DNA of 64,000 bases from positions 1 to 64,000 of IMG/VR virus record IMGVR_UViG_3300009034_002371; one strand, 5' to 3'. Under the pieces are notes generated by a model, which ran no database searches, was not told the origin of the DNA, and saw only the letters and a program-made list of their open reading frames with translations. Origin of the DNA: a virus. Shown one piece after another: positions 58,599 through 64,000 of the stretch (its first letter is position 1; each line of letters opens with the position of its first letter). The position numbers were made by a program, and so were the translations under genes.

Positions 58599-60011
58599 AT
58601 GGCTGCACCCAAGACAAGATATGTTCGCGCTGACGCCGCTGGTGGTGGTAATGGTACCGTAGATGCTGCAAGCGGGCCAGGCGGTAATTATGCCTGGACG
58701 TGGAATGAGTTTATGTCCAATCTCCCACGCTATGGCGATACCTACTATATTAAAGGTCCTTACACATATACCCTTACAACGGACCTTGATTTCTATGCCG
58801 GACGTTCTAGTGCCCCTATAGTTGTTGAAGGATATTATAATTCCCCCGGAGACAACCCTACAGGAAATAATAGACCTAGAATTGCTTGCGGTGTCCATGA
58901 GTTGGACCTAGGTGGTTATTTCTATTTTAGGAATTTCCGAATAACAATAAGCGAGTGGCTTGGATGTTATTCCGAGGGTCCGAATACAATTGTACAAAAT
59001 TGTAGTAGTTATAATACCGGTCCTGCTATTGACTATCCAGCTGCCTTCTCCGGCGGGGGAGGCGTTTGGATTGACTGTGATGGGAGAGCAAGAGACGCCG
59101 GGTGGTTTTTCGAGGGTAATGTTATCGGTTGCTGTGCTTACAACTGCGATTACGGTTTTATCTCATGGGCGCACGATGTTTGCATTATACATAGTATAAC
59201 AAAAAATTGCGGCTACGGGGTATGGATGTACTCCGGCGGGAGTGCTATATTGAACAATACATTCTATAACTGTTCCTCAGGTGGAATCTTTGGCGAGAAT
59301 CAGGCTGTTGGCCCTATTATAGGTAACGTGTTTGACTCTGGTGATAAAGGTGTAGAGTATGATGTTCCGGCAGGTCGGGAGGTGTGGCTTGATTACAATA
59401 ATTATGAGAACCTCTCCGGGAGTGATACTGTAAACTGTAGCAAGGGGGAGGACTGGACCAGCGATGATCCCGAGTTCTTCGACTTCGGAACTAGCGACTT
59501 TCGGGTAGGTCCAGGTATCAGAGGACAGGGATTCCCGAAGTGGCAAGATTTCTTTGACCATATCCTCAACCCCAATTTGGAGGGTTGGTCTGATCAGGGA
59601 GCTTTGCAGCGACGAGAAGAAGTAGGGGAAATGTCTGTCGAGAAGGAGACAGGTCCTAACGCTCGCGGGGGCACTGGATCATGTGTACGATTCACTCCTT
59701 CATCTACTGTACACCCTCAAGTATGGGTTTTCAAGGTTCCCTGCCAGGATAGTATTGCTGTACAGTTGGACATGTGGCATAAAATCACGTCCGGCTTTAA
59801 TGGGTCTTTTACATTTAGTGCTTCTGGTAGTGGTATCACTCCAATAAATGAGGAAGTAGTGGCGCTTACAGATGATGGTGTTTACCATGAGTTTCTTTCC
59901 AGTATAATGACGCCGACCGAGTCCGGTTACATTGCAGTAACACTGAGAGCAAAGCAGGGTGTAGTTTCCGGTAGCATTTTCGTTGATGACATTACTACTC
60001 TAGAAGTATAG
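58599..60011 (+). CDS. Intact beta-helix + CBM-like virion protein
   Basis: RYVRADAAGGG.G...GDNPTGNNRPR...NNTFYNC...DPEFFD...DQGALQRRE...IFVDD. Confidence 0.72.
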   Translation: MAAPKTRYVRADAAGGGNGTVDAASGPGGNYAWTWNEFMSNLPRYGDTYYIKGPYTYTLTTDLDFYAGRSSAPIVVEGYYNSPGDNPTGNNRPRIACGVHELDLGGYFYFRNFRITISEWLGCYSEGPNTIVQNCSSYNTGPAIDYPAAFSGGGGVWIDCDGRARDAGWFFEGNVIGCCAYNCDYGFISWAHDVCIIHSITKNCGYGVWMYSGGSAILNNTFYNCSSGGIFGENQAVGPIIGNVFDSGDKGVEYDVPAGREVWLDYNNYENLSGSDTVNCSKGEDWTSDDPEFFDFGTSDFRVGPGIRGQGFPKWQDFFDHILNPNLEGWSDQGALQRREEVGEMSVEKETGPNARGGTGSCVRFTPSSTVHPQVWVFKVPCQDSIAVQLDMWHKITSGFNGSFTFSASGSGITPINEEVVALTDDGVYHEFLSSIMTPTESGYIAVTLRAKQGVVSGSIFVDDITTLEV

Positions 60012-60027
60012 GGGTTGAGGTAGCAGT

Positions 60028-60885
60028 ATGGCAAGCTCAAGTTCTAAAGTACCCCGTGATACAGGTACATTTGAGTATCGTTATCGAGATAGCGCTCTGC
60101 CACCTGTAATTCATGATGATGAAAAGTATAATCTACCATCACAGGATTTCATCGATGAACTAAACGACCCTTCATTTTTCCAGGGAGATTTTTATGAGGA
60201 TGTAAGTCTAAGTTCTAGCTCATCGAGCTCTTGTTCTCCAAGTCCAAGTTCATCAAGCTCAAGTAGTATAAGTCTTTCGTGTTCTAGCTCTTCAAGTTAT
60301 AGTTCACAGTCGGTAAGTAGTTCATCTTCAAGTTGTAGTAGTCTTGAAGCCCCAGACGTAACTGACGCCAGAGTAGACCCACCACGTTTTCGTTCCGGTG
60401 AAATTATATGTGCTAGGTATACCTATCATGGTGCTTTTCCTGAAGCCGGTTCTCAGATCCGTTGGTATAAGAACGATGTATATCAGCCGGATCATGATAA
60501 TGAGATATGTTTCGAAGTAACTGGTCAACGGGGAGATGTTTGGTTCTTCTATGTTACACCATGTGATGCGTTTGTATGTGGGAACCCTGTGGAGTCTCTC
60601 CCTGGGATTATGATAAATAACCCTCCGTCTGCACCCTCCCGTATAGAGATTGTTCCTCATAATCCACAGGTGGATGATGACTTATTTGCAATTGTAGAGG
60701 GATCTGTCGATCTCGATGGTGACAGGATTATATATCATATAACATGGTACAGACTCAGGGACGGGGTTACTGAGGAGTTAGTAGCGTATCGTAATAAGAC
60801 TACGGTACCGTATACTGAGGTACAGGAGGGAGATGTATTCTCCATTGAGGCTAGGGCATTTGACGGAAGTGATGAGTCCGGGTAG
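60028..60885 (+). CDS. Ser-tract protein with two Ig-like domains
   Basis: Ser tract ~60205-60342; S.IRWYKN...VTP.D...G and NNPPSAP..I.P..P..DDL...D.DGD.I.Y...W...DG patterns. Confidence 0.65.
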   Translation: MASSSSKVPRDTGTFEYRYRDSALPPVIHDDEKYNLPSQDFIDELNDPSFFQGDFYEDVSLSSSSSSSCSPSPSSSSSSSISLSCSSSSSYSSQSVSSSSSSCSSLEAPDVTDARVDPPRFRSGEIICARYTYHGAFPEAGSQIRWYKNDVYQPDHDNEICFEVTGQRGDVWFFYVTPCDAFVCGNPVESLPGIMINNPPSAPSRIEIVPHNPQVDDDLFAIVEGSVDLDGDRIIYHITWYRLRDGVTEELVAYRNKTTVPYTEVQEGDVFSIEARAFDGSDESG

Positions 60886-61081
60886 TGAATTCATAGCCCC
60901 ATGCCTTTCCGTTGGTTATAGGGGATTAGGGGGTTTAGCCGTATATTAGTAGGCGAGGCTCTCTACTAGACTTTGGCATAGTGGTGGGCTACACGAAGGT
61001 GCTCCTCTCCGTGCCCATACTATGACAGAGCTCCTCTCGACTAGTTGGGGAGCCTCTCCTATACCTCGCGGGGTGATAAAG

Positions 61082-62020
61082 ATGCCTGTATGGGTTACAG
61101 ATAACTTTTTTAGGACTATGAGATACTTTAATCGGTTCATAGGTCTACAGGCTCATGAGCCTGTGTACCTACTGTTTAGGAAGTGGTCTGGTCCCGTAAT
61201 CTCTGGCACAGCGTCTGGCTTTCGTCTTAACCCTGTTTACCAAAGATATGAATTTACCCTGTATACACCACCTACGCCTATAGTAGGCACCGGGAAGCCC
61301 TTCTTGCTATCTTTAAAGTTATTCCTAGATGGCGCCGAAATGAATCCTGTATATCAGTACGACCTAACAACATCAAATCTTGACTTTTGGATGGAGATAG
61401 ATAAGGGAGGGCCCAAAGATCCAGATAGCTATGGTGGTTATATTGTAGGCTTTCATGATGGTTTTGACCCTGCTGGACATATAATAGAGTACCGCTACGA
61501 AGAAGTTTGTCACTGCGTAGATGTTGGAGAGGAGAGTTTTCATCCTGACTCTAGATGTTCGACCTGTTACGGTACAGGATTTGTGGGTGGCTATGATCAA
61601 TATACGTCATTCCAAGAAAGAGAAGCTGGGCGGATTGTTAAGCCAGCTAATACTATCCTTTGTAGGTTCCCTATTACTTCTGAAATACTAAAGATAAGCA
61701 GATACGGTGGTGAAATAGTTACTCAGAGAAAGAGCTGGGCCATCGTTAGCCCACTTTTGCATGACTGGGATATACTTATAAGAATGAGAGCTTACGGTGC
61801 TCCTATGCAGCTAAATCCTACTACACTCACGGTGCCAGATGAACGATACTGGATCATAGAGTGGGAACACTCATCTGCAAGGCCTTCATACGACCTGCCC
61901 CTGAGGGCGCAGCCCGGGATGCATGCTGTGCGAAAGGGAGTTACTCTTCACCAAAAATTTAACACAGCGGAGATACAGCCACAACATATAGCGTATCAGA
62001 TTCCGTTCCTGAGAGGGTAA
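61082..62020 (+). CDS. Putative head-closure/neck protein with Zn finger
   Basis: C.C...CSTCYGTGFVGGY...P.L..WDILI...RYWI pattern, as in neck proteins of large myophages; GGGGTGA RBS before ATG 61082. Confidence 0.6.
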   Translation: MPVWVTDNFFRTMRYFNRFIGLQAHEPVYLLFRKWSGPVISGTASGFRLNPVYQRYEFTLYTPPTPIVGTGKPFLLSLKLFLDGAEMNPVYQYDLTTSNLDFWMEIDKGGPKDPDSYGGYIVGFHDGFDPAGHIIEYRYEEVCHCVDVGEESFHPDSRCSTCYGTGFVGGYDQYTSFQEREAGRIVKPANTILCRFPITSEILKISRYGGEIVTQRKSWAIVSPLLHDWDILIRMRAYGAPMQLNPTTLTVPDERYWIIEWEHSSARPSYDLPLRAQPGMHAVRKGVTLHQKFNTAEIQPQHIAYQIPFLRG

Positions 62021-62024
62021 TAGC

Positions 62025-62522
62025 ATGGTTATATCTGTTGCCTCACTAGTTGGTAGGGTTCTCGTTCAACGGGGCATGAATCAGCTAATAGCCCAGGTGA
62101 CAGCACAAGCTGTTGAAGAAGTGATTGAATCTTTTAGGGAAGAAAGTGCAGAACTCGCCAGCCAGCGAATCGGAGTTATTGATATAGAATCCGATACATG
62201 GTACGCTTTTCATATGGCCAATCGACAGAGTTGGGAAGCTGGGCTTCGTAAGTGGGCTGATGTGCTTAAAAGAGAAATCCCACGACGTTACGTTGGACAG
62301 GGTGCAGGACCCGGGAGCAGATCAATGTTCAGGACAGATATAAATGCTACTGGGGAGGGTTTGGATATACGTCTTGTTCGTCTACCTGGATCTCCTCGCG
62401 GGATTAGTAGAGCTGCTGCCCAAGGGGTTATACGAAAAGCTGTTCAGGATACTATAAAGGCTTATATAAGGTGTGTTGCTACCGGTGGTGCAGGTTTCCC
62501 GGAGGATTATGAGGGTGCTTGA
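62025..62522 (+). CDS. Hypothetical neck-region protein
   Basis: Position between neck-like and tail-terminator-like genes; no motif recognised. Confidence 0.5.
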   Translation: MVISVASLVGRVLVQRGMNQLIAQVTAQAVEEVIESFREESAELASQRIGVIDIESDTWYAFHMANRQSWEAGLRKWADVLKREIPRRYVGQGAGPGSRSMFRTDINATGEGLDIRLVRLPGSPRGISRAAAQGVIRKAVQDTIKAYIRCVATGGAGFPEDYEGA

Positions 62523-63316
62523 TAATGGCATTTTACAGGTTTACTCGCTCTTGTAGACAAGTTCTAATCAATTATTTGCAGAGTCAGTTGAGCAGATCAG
62601 AGAAGCACTGGGACGGATCTGAGTGGGTTGAGCTGCCAGAGATTCGTGTTGTAGATGCTCATGAATATCAACCGAGGCTGCTTCCGGCTGTTGTTACAGA
62701 TACGGTCATGGGTAATATACGAACTCTATCTTTTAACCATGTTATTCACGTGTGGACAGATGATTACGGCCTCTACGGGCCCCGTAATGCCACGTATCAG
62801 GTATTTGGTGGTAGGGGTGACTTTGATGTGACATTTTTCTGTGGCGCTAATGATAGAGAGCTCCAACAAAAGTTAGTTGATGTAACGACGATGTATTTGA
62901 CGATTGGTCGTGGATACCTTTGGCTTTACCGGTTTGTATTGGTGGGTGATGTGAGAATACAAGGTGATGGTGTCGAGGGTGAGGTACAACAAGAGAGGGT
63001 GTGGTATGGTAACTTGCTCACGCCTGTATCTGCTGACTGGCGACTAATCGTGCCCCGAGATCAGGTCGAGCGTTTTGATATTGATATTGATTTGGTAACA
63101 CCGGACGATCCATTTGAGAGTCCAGATGGACTTGCACCTGGAGTACTTACTCCCATGGATCCAGAGGGTGCAAGAGCCAGACTCGTAGAAATGCAGAGGC
63201 AGGAGTCAGCGCAAGCACCTGCTAGTTCATTGAGAGACCTCATGATAGAAGGTTCCGATGCCGAGGATTTGCCCCTTCGACCTATGAGAAGTTATAAGAA
63301 GGTCCAGAAGGAATAG
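62519..63316 (+). CDS. Putative tail terminator/completion protein
   Basis: I.YLQ..L...I...Y.P..LPAVV...F.V...AND...KL.D pattern and gene order. Confidence 0.5.
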   Translation: MIMAFYRFTRSCRQVLINYLQSQLSRSEKHWDGSEWVELPEIRVVDAHEYQPRLLPAVVTDTVMGNIRTLSFNHVIHVWTDDYGLYGPRNATYQVFGGRGDFDVTFFCGANDRELQQKLVDVTTMYLTIGRGYLWLYRFVLVGDVRIQGDGVEGEVQQERVWYGNLLTPVSADWRLIVPRDQVERFDIDIDLVTPDDPFESPDGLAPGVLTPMDPEGARARLVEMQRQESAQAPASSLRDLMIEGSDAEDLPLRPMRSYKKVQKE

Positions 63317-63349
63317 CTTTGTGGTGGAGTTTCGAGGAGGTTATATATA

Positions 63350-64000
63350 ATGGCACTTAACGCAGCGATTGTGTGGGAGGTAAGAACCTCCGGCAATAAT
63401 AATAATGGTGGAGGCTTCAAAGCGGGGGCATCTGGGACTGATCGCTCGCAACAGGACGCTGCCCATTTATCTTTTACCGATCTAGAAGTTAAGGGCGCGG
63501 TCTATACCAGAGTATACTCTGTCACAGAGAATGCAAACTTAGTTGCTACTTGTATTGGAAACTTAATCCATATAACTGGCGACGGTGGCTCCGGGCTTTT
63601 TACAGTCGGGTTTTATGAGGTCACTGGGCAAGGTAACGATGGTAATAACTATCTCGATATAGATAGGAACTGCGCTACTGGTAATGCTAGTGACGGAATT
63701 GCCGCCCTCGGGGGCGCTGTTGCGGACTTATTGGAGATAGATAGTGTTGTAGTCGCGGGTAATACCATGTATGTTAAAGCTGGAACGTACGCTCACGCTA
63801 GTGCGTTAAGTGTAAACAATGGTACTGCTAGTCTATATATTAAAACAATAGGCTATAATACTGCTAGGGGTGACGCCCCCACAGGTGATAACAGGCCACT
63901 GATACAGGACGGCGGTAACGAACAGAAATGGGGAACGTATAACGAGATTGAGAATTTCAGACGTACAGGTTCTCACACCTACGGTATCTATACTTTGAAC
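63350..64000 (+). CDS. Beta-helix virion protein, paralog of 44430, 3'-partial (missing from ORF track)
   Basis: GAGGAGG RBS; MALNAAIVWEVRTSGNNNNGGG...SQQDAA...GGAVADL.EID..VVAGNT.YVKAGTY...RGD.PTG.NRPL. Confidence 0.85.
   Translation, partial: MALNAAIVWEVRTSGNNNNGGGFKAGASGTDRSQQDAAHLSFTDLEVKGAVYTRVYSVTENANLVATCIGNLIHITGDGGSGLFTVGFYEVTGQGNDGNNYLDIDRNCATGNASDGIAALGGAVADLLEIDSVVVAGNTMYVKAGTYAHASALSVNNGTASLYIKTIGYNTARGDAPTGDNRPLIQDGGNEQKWGTYNEIENFRRTGSHTYGIYTLN

Larger units (their letters stand above)
1..64000 (+). mobile_element. Large tailed bacteriophage genome segment (head/neck morphogenesis module with embedded glycosylation clusters)
   Basis: Single-strand dense gene array with prohead protease, decoration-like gene, HK97-like capsid and neck/tail-completion-like genes; no host housekeeping genes; no integration boundary visible. 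Confidence 0.9.

Noticed and set aside
57752-58612. 286-aa minus-strand ORF rich in E/L/K/H that looks like a coiled coil, plus the alternative + frame ORF 57754..58662
   Set aside because: Shadow frames of the Ser-codon tract (antisense of tca/agt/agc/ttc); against the strand of every real gene and no RBS context
289-63243. Numerous short minus-strand and nested alternative-frame ORFs in the track
   Set aside because: They overlap well-supported + strand genes and show no recognisable motifs
1-64000. TAG stop-codon reassignment, since many genes end in TAG and some neighbours are in frame
   Set aside because: Very long ORFs are intact under code 11, and genes ending in TAG have complete domains followed by RBS and start; only the 22365 junction is anomalous

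Overview
This 64 kb window is the virion-morphogenesis region of a large tailed dsDNA bacteriophage. All credible genes lie on the + strand, are densely packed and mostly have GGAGG-type ribosome-binding sites. An ECF sigma factor points to a bacterial host. From the start the order is: a multi-domain 'polyvalent' head-region protein of more than 1860 aa (open from base 1), three small paralogs, a HEXXH metallopeptidase, a 1627-aa prohead protease/scaffold, a putative decoration protein and an HK97-fold major capsid protein. An ECF sigma, an APH-like kinase and a methyltransferase follow. About 28 kb of glycosylation genes come next, in three blocks interleaved with structural genes. They include GT4, GT9-like, seven CgeB/GT1_2 domains, GT8-like, GT32 and GT2/7 enzymes, two amino-sugar pathways, O-methyltransferases and a B12 radical SAM. 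The window ends with beta-helix/DNRLRE/Ig surface proteins and neck/tail-completion genes. Three things stand out. (1) Long poly-Ser(Cys/Phe) tracts sit in several putative virion proteins next to this glycosylation machinery, suggesting a phage-encoded virion glycocalyx. (2) One beta-helix protein is split exactly at Ser tracts into complementary parts carried by two adjacent paralogous genes, implying Ser-tract-mediated domain shuffling. (3) [K/R]-x-A motifs recur at domain boundaries of the head-region proteins, suggesting protease-processed polyproteins. All calls come from reading motifs by eye; no database search was run. I saw no tRNA, rRNA, CRISPR array, integrase, terminase or portal gene.
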